Assembly: GCA_031370785.1 (NCBI GenBank)
Contig: JANMQY010000060.1
Location: 4,826 to 68,825, forward strand
Source of the DNA: Candidatus Eiseniibacteriota bacterium
GTDB lineage: Bacteria; Eisenbacteria; RBG-16-71-46
Direction: 5' to 3'
DNA length: 64,000 nucleotides
Below are positions 44,856 through 56,377 of the stretch, piece by piece. A program made the translations under genes and the position numbers. How positions within the stretch are numbered: position 1 is the first letter of the stretch; every line of letters begins with the position of its first letter. The notes beneath the pieces were generated by a model that ran no database searches, was not told the origin of the DNA, and saw nothing but the letters and a program-made list of their open reading frames with translations.

Positions 44856-46151
44856 TCAATCAGGAGTCGGGCCGCCCGCGAGCCGGGCAGCGACCTCTTC
44901 GCTCGGCGCGGGCGCGTACTCGCCTTCGGGAAGCTTGCGGAACGAGAGATAGAACGTGACCGCCGCGCAGAAGTAGAGACCGGCGGTGATGTAGAAGGGG
45001 ACTGCATATCCAAAGCGCTGGATCACCAGGCCCGCCAGCGTCGCGCTCGCGGCCCATCCGATGTTCCACACCAGGTTGTTCAGGCTGGTCGAGCGCGCCC
45101 TGAGCGAAGGAGGCAGAGCCTCCATCACGAACGCCTGCACCAGCGGCGTCGAGGCCTGCATCAGCGAGGCGCGGCACCAGAACGAGACCACGGCGATTCC
45201 GAGATGGCGCTCGGCTCCGAGCGTGACCAGAAATGGCAGCGACAGGAGCTCACTGGCGGTCGCGGTGCGCAGCTTGCCGTAGCGTCGCGCGATCGCAGGC
45301 CCGAGCAGTGCGGCGACCGCGGTGCAGATCTGGGCGATCGAGAAGAACATCCCGATCTGGGCGCTCGAACACTGAAAGCGCGTGGCGAAGTATAGATTCA
45401 TGAACGGAATCACGAGCCCGGCGCCGATCCCGATCAGAAACGCATTCAGTGCGATCGGGTACAGACGCCACGTTTCCTCTGGCGCAGAGTCCGTGCGCAC
45501 ATGCTCGATCGGGGCCTCGACCACGTGCCGCAGGCGAAGCAGCGGAACCACCGAGGCCAGTGCGATCAGCGCACCGAAGGTGAGCGTCAGTCGGTAGGCG
45601 ACGATCACGGTCGGCTGCGTTCCCGTGGGCAGCGCGCGGAAAGCCTCGGGCAGCCAGCCGCCGACGAGGCTGCCCACCACGCCGGCGAGCAGCTCGGAGG
45701 CGAAGAACGCGCTGAACAGGTGCGTACGCTCGCGGGGCGTCGAGTGCTCGGTCAAGAATGGCGCAGCGGCGATGGCGAGCAGCGACTGGCCCGCCCCGGC
45801 AATGAAGCTCGAGCCGTAGATCACTGCCGGCACCATCACGGTCGCGCGCAGCAGCAGGCTCACACCCTCGAGCACTCCGCCGAGGATCAGGCAGCGACGG
45901 CGTCCCCAGCGATCGGCCAGCCACCCGGCCGGAAGCGCGGTGACGGCGAGCCCCACGCCGCCGAGCGAGATGGCGCGGCCGATGAACGCCTCGTTGTAGC
46001 CGCCCTCGACCAGGTACAGGTTGAACAGCACCTGAAAGACGCCCTGGCCGGTCCACGCCAGCAGCACGGCGAGCAGGAACTGTCGCGCCGGCGGAGAAAA
46101 GCTGCGCGCGGCGTCACGGTAGTCTCTCCATACCGCTCGTATCGGGCTCAC
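44856..46151 (-). CDS. MFS transporter
   Basis: 12-TM profile with the GWLADRWGRRR MFS signature. Confidence 0.8.
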   Translation of the reverse strand: MSPIRAVWRDYRDAARSFSPPARQFLLAVLLAWTGQGVFQVLFNLYLVEGGYNEAFIGRAISLGGVGLAVTALPAGWLADRWGRRRCLILGGVLEGVSLLLRATVMVPAVIYGSSFIAGAGQSLLAIAAAPFLTEHSTPRERTHLFSAFFASELLAGVVGSLVGGWLPEAFRALPTGTQPTVIVAYRLTLTFGALIALASVVPLLRLRHVVEAPIEHVRTDSAPEETWRLYPIALNAFLIGIGAGLVIPFMNLYFATRFQCSSAQIGMFFSIAQICTAVAALLGPAIARRYGKLRTATASELLSLPFLVTLGAERHLGIAVVSFWCRASLMQASTPLVQAFVMEALPPSLRARSTSLNNLVWNIGWAASATLAGLVIQRFGYAVPFYITAGLYFCAAVTFYLSFRKLPEGEYAPAPSEEVAARLAGGPTPD

Positions 46152-46216
46152 GGCGCTCTCATGCGAACGGCGGCCCGTGAAGGCCGCCGTTCAGGCTCAC
46201 AGGAGGATGCGGGTGA

Positions 46217-46825
46217 TCAGCCGGCGTTGCTGCCCACCGGCAGAGCTTCTGGCTCGAGGCGTGTCTCGCGTACGCGGATCAGCGGCTCGAACGCGGCGGG
46301 CGTGATCGCGATGAGCACTCGCGCCGTGCCCGTGCCCGCGTTTTCGACCGCGTGCGGCGTGCGTCCGTCGTAGTGGCACGAGTCACCGGCCTCGAGCACC
46401 GTCGCGTAGTCGCCACAGCTGATGCTGACGCGGCCCTCGAGACACACCACGCACTCCTCGCCGTGATGGTAGTGGCGCTTGTCGCCGGCGGAAAGTCCGG
46501 GCGGAAGCTCGGCCATGAGCAGCTCGAGATTGCGCTTGGGCTGTGCTGAGAGCACTTCGACCCGCGAGGTATTGCCGCCGACCTGAACGCGCGGCCGCTC
46601 GGCGACGCGCACCACGTGCGGCTGCTGCTCCTCCTCGACCACGAGGTAGGCGACCGAGGTTTCGAGCGCGCGCGCCAGATCACGGAGCGTGGCCAGGGAG
46701 GGTGAGGTGCGGTCGTTCTCGACCTGGCTGATGAATCCCTTGGAGAGGTTGCTGGCCTCGGCAAGCTGCTGAACGGTGAGGCCACGCCGCAGCCGCACAT
46801 CGCGGATCTTCTTGCCGAGCTGCAT
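46217..46825 (-). CDS. XRE-family HTH transcriptional regulator with C-terminal cupin domain
   Basis: HTH_3 region (LRRGLTVQQLAEASNLSKGFISQVENDRTSPSLATLRDLARAL) and a cupin C-terminus (HYHHGEECVVCLEGRV...GDSCHYDG..PH). Confidence 0.75.
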   Translation of the reverse strand: MQLGKKIRDVRLRRGLTVQQLAEASNLSKGFISQVENDRTSPSLATLRDLARALETSVAYLVVEEEQQPHVVRVAERPRVQVGGNTSRVEVLSAQPKRNLELLMAELPPGLSAGDKRHYHHGEECVVCLEGRVSISCGDYATVLEAGDSCHYDGRTPHAVENAGTGTARVLIAITPAAFEPLIRVRETRLEPEALPVGSNAG

Positions 46826-46837
46826 CAGCCACCCCAC

Positions 46838-46872
46838 GAGGGTTTAGGTGGGCAAATTTTCGTTTACCAAGG
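46838..46872. promoter_or_regulatory. AT-rich promoter/operator region with inverted repeat upstream of the XRE-cupin regulator
   Basis: This is the only AT-rich stretch locally: tttaggtgggcaaattttcgtttaccaaggctatgtcaggtttattggtaagtc. It contains a TTTACCAA(N17)TTGGTAA inverted repeat and, on the minus strand, a TTGACT hexamer. Confidence 0.3.
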
Positions 46873-48818
46873 CTATGTCAGGTTTATTGGTAAGTCAACA
46901 ACTGAGGCGCTGCTGACGCTCAAATCGTCGTCCTGCGCGACCGCCCGGTCGGACCTGGTGGAACGCGCCCCGAGGAACTGGAGCTGATAGAGACGTGAGT
47001 AGATTCCGCCCCGCGCCAGCAGCTCGGCGTGCGTGCCGACCTCGCGAACCCGCCCGCGGTGCAGCACCACGATGCGGTTGACGTCCTGAATCGTGGACAA
47101 CCGATGCGCGATCACGAGGCAGGTGCGGCCGCGCATCAGCCGGCGCAGCGCGTCCTGGATCAACTGCTCGGTGTGGGTGTCGACCGACGAGGTCGCTTCG
47201 TCCAGAATGAGCAGGCGCGGGTCGCGGACCAGGGTGCGGGCGAAGGCCAACAGCTGCTTCTGCCCGGCCGAGAGCGTCGCGCCGCGCTCCCGCACCACCG
47301 CGTCGTATCCGCCGGGCAGAGCCATGATGAACTCGTGCGCGTGCACTTCGCGGGCGGCGCGCTCAATCGCCTCGCGGCTCAGCGAGCGGTCGCCGAGCCG
47401 CAGGTTGCTCTCGATCGTGCCGCTGAACAGGAACACGTCCTGCAGCACCAGCCCGATGTGACGGCGCAGGGTGCGCGCATCCCAGCTCTCGAGCGGATGG
47501 CCGTCGACGCGGATCGAGCCTTCCTGCGGCGCGTAGAAGCGCATCAGCAGGCTCGTGAGTGTGGTCTTTCCGGATCCGGTCGCGCCGACCAGCGCGACAC
47601 GCTCGCCCGGCTGGATGACCAGCGAGACGTCTTCGAGCACGCGATTCTCCCCGTCGTAGGAGAAGGAGACGCGGTCGTACTCGATGTGGCCGGAGAACGC
47701 GGAGTCGCCCGCGCCGTCTGCCGCGGGCTCGGACTGTCGGCCGACGTGCCGGCCGACCAATACGGGGCGGGCCTCCAGCGCAGGCCCATTTCGCATGCCG
47801 GAGTGTGCGGCTCCCGGGGCGAGCGCCGGGTCCTCGGGCGCGTCGAGAAGTTGGAAGATGCGCTCGGCCGAGGCCATGGCCTGCTGAAGGATGTTGTACT
47901 TCTCGCTCAGGTCCGAGATCGGACGGAAGAAGCGCTGGGTATACTGGATGAACGCGACCAGAGTCCCCAGGGTGATGCCGGTCCACATCACCTGGCGGCC
48001 GCCGTACCAGACGATCAGCGAGACCGCGAGCGCGCCCACCAGTTCGAGCACCGGAAAGAACACCGCGTGGTAGAACACGGCCCTCAGGTTGGCGTCGCGG
48101 TGCCCGGCATTCACCTCGCGGAACTGTTCGTAGTTGCGAGGCTCGCGGTTGAGCATCTGCACCGTGCTCATGCCGGTGAGGTTCTCATTGAGGAACGCGT
48201 TGAGCCGGGCCAGGCGCGTGCGGATGTCGCGGAACGAGGCGCGCACCCTGGAGCGGAACACGATGGTCACGATCGCGATCAGCGGCAGGACCGAGAAGGT
48301 CACGACCAGGAGCTCGACGTTGAGCTGCGACATCGCGAATATGATCCCGATCAGCGCGAACAGGTCGCCGAACAGCGCGACCACGCCCGCGGTGACCAGC
48401 TCGTTCAGGACATCGACGTCGTTGGTGACGCGCGTCATCAGCCGTCCGATCGGGTTGCGATCGTAGTAGGAGATCGGCAGGCGCTGCAGCTTGGCGAAGA
48501 GCGCGGTGCGCAGGTCGAGCATCACCTGCTGGCCGACGCGCTGCATGAGCTGGTTGTGCAGATAGCCCAGCCCGAACCCGATCCCGAGCACGGCCAGAAA
48601 CAGGAGCGCGACGTTGTCGAGGAACATGAGATCCCGGTGGCGGATCCCGTTGTCGATCGCCTCCTTGGTCAACCACGGAAAGACCAGCTGCACCAGCGCA
48701 TCCGCGATCACGACCAGCCCGGCGAACAGCACGCGCCCGCGATAGGGCGCGAGGTATCCGAGCAGGCGCCGCATCAGGCGCTGGTCGTAGGCGCGTCCCA
48801 ACACCTCGTCTTCGTGGC

Positions 48819-48822
<4 letters not shown>
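46873..48822 (-). CDS. ABC transporter ATP-binding protein/permease (half-transporter, exporter type), subunit 2
   Basis: Its GTG start overlaps the upstream stop (GTGA). It has six TM helices, then an unusually long roughly 50-aa Pro/Ala/Gly-rich insert before the NBD (GATGSGKT, LSAGQKQ, ILDEATSSVD). Confidence 0.85.
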
Positions 48823-50567
<1,745 letters not shown>

Positions 50568-50617
50568 AGGAGATGCCTCCGGACCCGGAAGTCGCGGACG
50601 GCCGGATCCCGCGCGCC

Positions 50618-51514
50618 TCAGGGCTTGCGCGTTCCGCCGAGGAAGCCTTGCAGGCGGTTCAGCCGGGTCTGCTTGACCGCCACGCCCACGTAGACCTGAT
50701 CAACGTGCAGCGCGTTCCTTGATTTGGCGGTGTGCAGCGATCCGCCGATCAGGTCGAGGTGGTCGCCCACACGATACACCAGCATGGGCCCGGACAGTTG
50801 AGTCGTGATCTGGGCGTTGGTCGTCCCCGGGATGCCGTCGCCGGACAGTGCGATGAACGTGTCCTTGTCGCCGGGCTTCGCTCCGAAGGAGCCTCGATAG
50901 CGACCGGCGACGAGCAGCTTCTGCCCCAGCCAGAAGCCCAGCGTCACCCCTGCGAGGGTCTGGTCGGTCGGCGCATGCTTGTCCAGGTAGTAGCGGTAGC
51001 CGCCCGACAGCTCGAAGAATCCCCGTCCGCCGAGCGCAGTCCCCAGCTCGAGCGAACCCAAGAAGCTCTGGCGACCTTCGCCCAGGTGCGGGTTCAGCGC
51101 GCGGTCGTAGCCCATCGGCGCGAGCCACTGCACTTCGAGCGCGGCGTTCGGGACCAGACGCCTGCGCACCCCGAAGCGCAGGTCGCCGAATCCGGTCTCG
51201 GTCGCGTTGAACCCCCCGGCCGCGCCCGTCCGCCGGCTGACGCTCAGCGCCGGGATCTCGAGAAACGCCGACATGTTCTTCTTCCAGCCGAACTCGTTGT
51301 AAGAGACGATTCCGCGCTCTTCGTGCAATCCGCCTGAGTTGAGCGGGCTGCGGACTCCGGTCAGATCGTAGTAGCTGTCGGCGGAGAAGACGCTCGCGCG
51401 CAGCTCGTAGTGGCGGTCGCCGGGCTCCGGAAGCCAGGGATCGGCGAGCGCCGGGCCCGAAGCGAGGAGCACGGCGGTGAAGAGCAGCGAAGATGCGGCA
51501 GAGCGCGCGATCAT
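50618..51514 (-). CDS. outer-membrane beta-barrel protein (MetA-pathway/phenol-degradation-like 'transporter' family candidate)
   Basis: Signal peptide MIARSAASSLLFTAVLLASGPALA. The product has alternating Gly/aromatic beta-strand texture (GGYRYYLD, LVAGRYRGSFG), is 298 aa, and sits directly upstream of the two ABC half-transporters. Confidence 0.5.
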   Translation of the reverse strand: MIARSAASSLLFTAVLLASGPALADPWLPEPGDRHYELRASVFSADSYYDLTGVRSPLNSGGLHEERGIVSYNEFGWKKNMSAFLEIPALSVSRRTGAAGGFNATETGFGDLRFGVRRRLVPNAALEVQWLAPMGYDRALNPHLGEGRQSFLGSLELGTALGGRGFFELSGGYRYYLDKHAPTDQTLAGVTLGFWLGQKLLVAGRYRGSFGAKPGDKDTFIALSGDGIPGTTNAQITTQLSGPMLVYRVGDHLDLIGGSLHTAKSRNALHVDQVYVGVAVKQTRLNRLQGFLGGTRKP

Positions 51515-51636
51515 GTGGGGAAGCGGACCTCCGGTGGGGTGTGCGGTCAGCGAGTCCGCGGAGACTATCCGCGTGTCGCGATGCGTGCAAGCGTTTCGTT
51601 CGCGCCGCGCGTGGCGCTGTGGCACCATGCGCCGTC

Positions 51637-52647
51637 GTGGAAACCCTGTGCGTGCTTGTGTTCATCCGCGATCCCGAAGGTGTGTGGACGCTCCCGCATT
51701 CGGCGCTCGCCGCGCTCGAGCGCGAATTCCCGGCGGTCCGATTCATCGCGCCCGCGGATCGCGCGGAAGCCGATGCGCGCCTTCCCGAAGCCGACGTCGT
51801 GCTCGGCTGGGCGGTGACGCCGCGCAATTTCGCCACCGCGAAGCGCCTGCGCTGGATCCACGTCACCGCCGCGGGCGTCGGCGCCCAGCTCTTCCCGGAG
51901 CTCGCGGCCTCCGACGTCGCGCTCACCAACGGCCGCGGCCTGCACTCCGCCTCGATGGCCGAGCACACGCTCGGCGTGATGCTCGCGTTCGCGCGCAAGC
52001 TTCATCTCGCGCGCGATGCGCAGGGCGAGCGGCGCTGGACGCAGCGCGAGCTCTGGACCGGGCAGCCACCGTTCGCTGCGCTCGCGGGCGCGACGCTCGG
52101 GCTGGTCGGCCTGGGCCGGGTGGGCGAAGCAGTCGCCGCCGGTGCCCGCGCGCTGGGCATGCGAGTGCTCGCGGTGCGCCGCCGTCCGGCGCGCGGGAAC
52201 ACGCCCGCCGCCGCGGCTTCTTCGGCGCACGAGCAGTGGGGGCTCGAGCGCCTGGCGGATCTGCTCGAGGCCTCGGACTGGGTCGTGCTCGCCGCGCCGC
52301 TCACCGCCGACACCCGGCACCTGATCGGGGCGGCACAGCTCGCGCAGATGAAGCGCGAGGCGGTGCTCATCAATCTCGGGCGCGGCGCGCTCATCGACGA
52401 GCGTGCGCTGATCGCGGCGCTGGCCGAGGGTCGCATCGCCGGCGCGGGCCTCGACGTCTTCGAAGAGGAGCCACTGCCCCAGGGCAGTCCGCTGTGGAGC
52501 ATGCCGCAGGTCATCGTCACGCCGCACATCTCGGGACTGGGCCCTCGCTACTGGGAGCGCGCGATGGAACAGTTCTCTGCGCACCTGCGAGCGTTTCTCG
52601 AGAAGCGCGCGCTCGAAAACCTGGTGGACAAGAGGGCGGGGTACTGA
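51637..52647 (+). CDS. D-isomer-specific 2-hydroxyacid dehydrogenase family protein
   Basis: NAD-binding GATLGLVGLGRVGEAVA, catalytic RG...H pattern (LINLGRGALID, VTPHISG). GTG start METLCVLVF.... Confidence 0.8.
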   Translation: METLCVLVFIRDPEGVWTLPHSALAALEREFPAVRFIAPADRAEADARLPEADVVLGWAVTPRNFATAKRLRWIHVTAAGVGAQLFPELAASDVALTNGRGLHSASMAEHTLGVMLAFARKLHLARDAQGERRWTQRELWTGQPPFAALAGATLGLVGLGRVGEAVAAGARALGMRVLAVRRRPARGNTPAAAASSAHEQWGLERLADLLEASDWVVLAAPLTADTRHLIGAAQLAQMKREAVLINLGRGALIDERALIAALAEGRIAGAGLDVFEEEPLPQGSPLWSMPQVIVTPHISGLGPRYWERAMEQFSAHLRAFLEKRALENLVDKRAGY

Positions 52648-53258
52648 TGCGCGTCCCTCTGGGCGTGATCGTCGCCGGCGGCCGTGGCGTGCGACTTGGC
52701 TCGGGCCCCAAGGCTCTTGTCGTTCTCGAGGGACGCACCCTCCTCGATCGAGCGATCGAGACGCTGTCCCGATGTTGCGAGGAGTGGGTCGTTGCGACGG
52801 CGCCCGACATCGAGCTGCCAGTGGACGGCGCGCGGCTCGTCCACGACGCGCCCGGAAGCGGGGGCCCGCTCGCCGGCGTCGCGGCCGCGCTCTCAGCGCG
52901 CGAGCCGACCGACACTCTGGTGCTGGGCGTGGACTTCCCGCTCGCCCGGCCGCAGGCCCTTGCCGCGCTGGCGGCACGGCGCGGGAATTCTCCGGCGGTG
53001 CTGCCGGCTCCCGGGGGTTCGCCGCAACCGCTCGCGGCGGTCTACGGCACCGCGGCGTGCGCGGCGCTGAGGTGCGCGCTTGCGGAGGGCGAGACGTCGA
53101 TCCGGCGCGCGGCGCTCGCGCTGGGGCCCCTGATCCTCGATGACGTCGCGCTCGCCGCACTCGAAGGCGGCTCCGAGAATTTCTTCAACGTGAACACTTC
53201 CGAAGATCTCGCCGAGGCGGCGCGCATGCTCGCGGCCCGAGCCGGAGCCCCGCGATGA
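52647..53258 (+). CDS. MobA-like NTP transferase domain protein (molybdenum-cofactor guanylyl/cytidylyltransferase or CofC-like)
   Basis: MRVPLGVIVAGGRGVRLG (GxxAGGxSxRxG nucleotide-binding loop) and ...LVHDAPGSGGPLAGV.... Its ATG overlaps the upstream TGA. Confidence 0.6.
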   Translation: MRVPLGVIVAGGRGVRLGSGPKALVVLEGRTLLDRAIETLSRCCEEWVVATAPDIELPVDGARLVHDAPGSGGPLAGVAAALSAREPTDTLVLGVDFPLARPQALAALAARRGNSPAVLPAPGGSPQPLAAVYGTAACAALRCALAEGETSIRRAALALGPLILDDVALAALEGGSENFFNVNTSEDLAEAARMLAARAGAPR

Positions 53259-54556
53259 GTCCCGGCGATCGAATCCGCCCGGCGAGCGATCCCAGGCTCG
53301 CGAATTCCGAGCGCTCGGGCGGCGTCCCGCTCACCAGCGTGCTGCCCGCGCTGCGCTCGCTCGAGCCGCAGGCGCGGGCGTGCTGGGTCTACGACATCGA
53401 TGCGTTCGTCGCGCGCGCGCGGCGCTTCCGCGCGGCGTTCGCGCCACTCGCTCCGCTGATCGCCTACGCGATCAAGGCGAACGGTCTGCCGGCGCTGCTC
53501 GAAGAAGCGCTTCGCGCGGGGCTCGGCGCCGACGCCGGCTCGCTCGGCGAGCTCGAGCTTGCCGCTCGGGCGGGGTTCGCGCCCGCCGGGCGCGCGCTCA
53601 ACGGCAATGGGCGGACGGCCGAGGAAGCGGCATGGGTCGCGCGTCACGGGGTGGCGCTGGTCAACGCCGATCACGTGCCCGAGCTCGACCTGCTGGAGCG
53701 CGAAAGCGCGGCGGCGGGGGTGCGGCTGCGCGTGGCGCTCAGGGTCAATCCCGGGATCGCGACGCCGGGACATCGCTACGTCTCGACCGGCGGCGACGAG
53801 GCGAAGTTCGGGATCGGCCCGGGCGAGGCGCTCGAAGCGTGGGCGGCGCGCGCACGCTGGCCCCATCTCACGCTCGACGGCGTGCAGGTGCACGTCGGCT
53901 CACAGCTGATGGAAGCGGGGCCGCTCGAGCGCGCGCTCGATACCGTGCTCGAGCTGATGAAGGAGAGCGCGCAGCGCGGCGCGCCACTTCGGCTCGTCAA
54001 CCTGGGCGGCGGCTTCGGGGTGAACTATTCGGGCACCGGCGGCGAGTTCCCGCTCGAGGAGCACGCACGATCCGTCGTCGAGCGCGCCACGCCCCTCGCG
54101 CTCGAATGGGTGCTGGAGCCAGGGCGATGGCTGGTCGCTCCGATCGGGACACTGCTCGCCGAGGTGCTGTGGGAGAAGCGACGCGACGGCCGGCGCTTCG
54201 TGGTGCTCGCGGCAGGAATGAACGATCTGATCCGGCCGGCGCTCTACGGGGCCGAGCATCGGATCGAAGCGCTCGTGCCGCGCGGGGGCGCGCTCACGCC
54301 CGCCACCGTCGTCGGGCCGGTCTGCGAGAGCGCGGATGTGTTCGCGAGGGAGGTGGCACTGCCGCCGCTCGAGCCCGGAGACGTGGTCGCGATCCGCGAC
54401 GTGGGAGCGTATGGCGCGAGCATGTCCTCGAACTACAACGGTCGGGGCCGACTCGCGGAGCTGGTCGCGGCCGGCGGCGCGCTCACGCGCGCCCGTGCAG
54501 GCGAAACGCCGGCAGACCTTTCGGCCCGCCGGCGTTCGGACGATCTCTCGTGGTGA
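53255..54556 (+). CDS. PLP-dependent decarboxylase of the Orn/DAP/Arg decarboxylase family (diaminopimelate decarboxylase-like)
   Basis: PLP-lysine context AYAIKANG, then GGGFGVNY, and the C-terminal CESADVFAREVALPPLEPGDVVAIRDVGAYGASMSSNYNGR. Its start overlaps the upstream stop by 4 nt. Confidence 0.75.
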   Translation: MSPGDRIRPASDPRLANSERSGGVPLTSVLPALRSLEPQARACWVYDIDAFVARARRFRAAFAPLAPLIAYAIKANGLPALLEEALRAGLGADAGSLGELELAARAGFAPAGRALNGNGRTAEEAAWVARHGVALVNADHVPELDLLERESAAAGVRLRVALRVNPGIATPGHRYVSTGGDEAKFGIGPGEALEAWAARARWPHLTLDGVQVHVGSQLMEAGPLERALDTVLELMKESAQRGAPLRLVNLGGGFGVNYSGTGGEFPLEEHARSVVERATPLALEWVLEPGRWLVAPIGTLLAEVLWEKRRDGRRFVVLAAGMNDLIRPALYGAEHRIEALVPRGGALTPATVVGPVCESADVFAREVALPPLEPGDVVAIRDVGAYGASMSSNYNGRGRLAELVAAGGALTRARAGETPADLSARRRSDDLSW

Positions 54557-54566
54557 TCGAGTTCTT

Positions 54567-55214
54567 CTAGAGCGCGAGGCGCGGGCGCACCGCGACCAGC
54601 AGCACCGCAGGATTGGACGCGAGATTCAGGTACGAATGCGAGCGATGCGCGCGGAAGTGCACCGAGTCGCCCTCGCGCAGCACGTAGGACTTGCCGTCGA
54701 CACGGATCTCGGCGACGCCGGACAGCACGGTCGCCCACTCCTCGCCCTCGTGATGATGGGTGAGCGCCGGTTCGCGCCGGATGGGCAGCGTCATGATCTG
54801 CGCCCCGATCGCTCCGCACTGCACCGGTTCGGTCACCGACTCGAGCAGCGCCGCGCCCCACTGCACGCGCCGATCCTGCCGCTCGTCGGCGCGCATCACC
54901 GAAACCTCGGGCAGCACACGCGGCTCGACCAGCGTCGCCGGGCGCATGTCGAGCGCGCGCGCGATGCGGCCGAGCGCGCCCACCGTCGGTGATGCCTTTC
55001 CGCGCTCGATCTCGGAGACGTGCGTGGCCGAGATGCCGCCACGCTCCTCGAGGTCCTTAAGCGTGAGCCCGCGGGAGACGCGCAGCAGCTTGATACGGCG
55101 GCCCAGCTCGCTCGGCGAGGGATCGCGCGGGCGCAGCCCGGCACTGGACTCGCGAGGCATCGTGTTTTCGTTGAGGCTGCTGGATTCGGTCGGCTCGATG
55201 GGGGGGGTGCGCAT
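54567..55214 (-). CDS. XRE-family HTH transcriptional regulator with cupin domain
   Basis: RIKLLRVSRGLTLKDLEERGGISATHVSEIERGKASPTVGALGRIARAL (HTH_3) plus a C-terminal cupin. The start may be the internal MPRESS.... Confidence 0.7.
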   Translation of the reverse strand: MRTPPIEPTESSSLNENTMPRESSAGLRPRDPSPSELGRRIKLLRVSRGLTLKDLEERGGISATHVSEIERGKASPTVGALGRIARALDMRPATLVEPRVLPEVSVMRADERQDRRVQWGAALLESVTEPVQCGAIGAQIMTLPIRREPALTHHHEGEEWATVLSGVAEIRVDGKSYVLREGDSVHFRAHRSHSYLNLASNPAVLLVAVRPRLAL

Positions 55215-55216
55215 GG

Positions 55217-55798
55217 TCAGGCGGGCTCCTCGAGCGAGCGGGTAAGTACGGCAATGATCTCGGCGGCATCGCCCTGCGCGGCGCGCAGTCGGTGCGGGAG
55301 CGTGAGCGATGCCTGCACCGCGTCACCCTCGCCGAGCGTCACACGAAGATCTCCGAACTGGGTTTCGACCCGGCCACGCCGCACCAGGTAGAGGGCGTCG
55401 CCGTCCACCTGCTGCGCCTTGAGATTGAGTTCCGGCGCCGAAGCCGAGGCGGCGAACGTCAGGCGATAGGGAAACATCCTGCTCCCCGGGATGCCTGGCG
55501 TCAGCGCTTCGGCGGTGATGCCCTCAGCGGGAGTCAGCATGTGCGCCTTCTCGCGCGTGACGTATGCGGTCTCGGCGCGCTCGTCGCGCTCGATGAAATA
55601 GGAAGCGTCCTTCTCGAGCGCGCGTGCGATGCGCACCAGCGCGCCGATTGTGGGAGAGGTGCGACCACGCTCGATCTCGGAAAGGTGGGTGGCCGAGAGG
55701 CCCGAGGCCTGCTCGACCTGCTTCAACGTCATGCGGCGCTCCAGACGGAGCTTCCGGATGCGCCTGCCCAGTTCATCAATCTCGACGATGGAAGTCAT
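55217..55798 (-). CDS. XRE-family HTH transcriptional regulator with cupin domain (paralog of downstream neighbour)
   Basis: RIRKLRLERRMTLKQVEQASGLSATHLSEIERGRTSPTIGALVRIARAL plus a cupin. It lies 2 nt upstream of the 54567 gene. Confidence 0.75.
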   Translation of the reverse strand: MTSIVEIDELGRRIRKLRLERRMTLKQVEQASGLSATHLSEIERGRTSPTIGALVRIARALEKDASYFIERDERAETAYVTREKAHMLTPAEGITAEALTPGIPGSRMFPYRLTFAASASAPELNLKAQQVDGDALYLVRRGRVETQFGDLRVTLGEGDAVQASLTLPHRLRAAQGDAAEIIAVLTRSLEEPA

Positions 55799-55825
55799 GG
55801 GTTTGCGTTCCCTCGGTGCCGCGCT

Positions 55826-55847
55826 GCCTGCGCCCGGTGGCGCAGGC
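55826..55847. promoter_or_regulatory. perfect 8-bp inverted repeat in the leader/promoter region of the XRE-cupin tandem
   Basis: GCCTGCGC-ccggtg-GCGCAGGC lies about 30-50 nt upstream of the 55798 start and is a candidate autoregulatory operator. Confidence 0.3.
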
Positions 55848-56326
55848 CGGAAGGGGCCTTGTAGTGAAACGGACTACGCACGTGCCGTTTCGATATAGGG
55901 GGCTGCGGATCTCGGACGAAGGATACCTATCGCGCACACTCGTCTGACCCGCACCAGTTGCTGGCACCCATGATTCAATTGCCTGTTGCACCCGAGGGGG
56001 GACACGGGTGCGAGCGGATTCCCCCGTGAAAGGGGAACGGCCGCGCGAGAAATGTCACGGCTGATGATGACACATCCCTGAAATCATGGTCAAGGACGAT
56101 AGCCCTGCACCTCATCCGCCGGCGCCTTCCGGTCTAGCGATCGCGAGGCGGGTTTGGAAGAGGTGCGATCGCGGCGGCGTTGGGCGCAGGCGTTGTGGGT
56201 CGTGCGTGTCGTGCTCGTGACACGGAGGCGAGGTCTGGCGCGCCATTGCCCCCGATTCGTCGCGACGTTCCGCAGCCTTGACACCTCGGCCCGCCGAGCG
56301 CGAAACTGCGCCTCGAAACCCACGCT

Positions 56327-56377
56327 TTGCATCTGCAAGAACGTCGGTTGCGCGCCACTTTGTGAAAGTTGGCGCAA
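56327..56377. promoter_or_regulatory. two palindromic elements 50-100 nt upstream of etfB
   Basis: TTGCAtcTGCAA (56327-56338) and the 30-nt near-palindrome TTGCGCGCCACTTTGTGAAAGTTGGCGCAA (56348-56377). The latter shares the TGCGC...GCGCA ends seen in the 55826 repeat. Confidence 0.35.
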
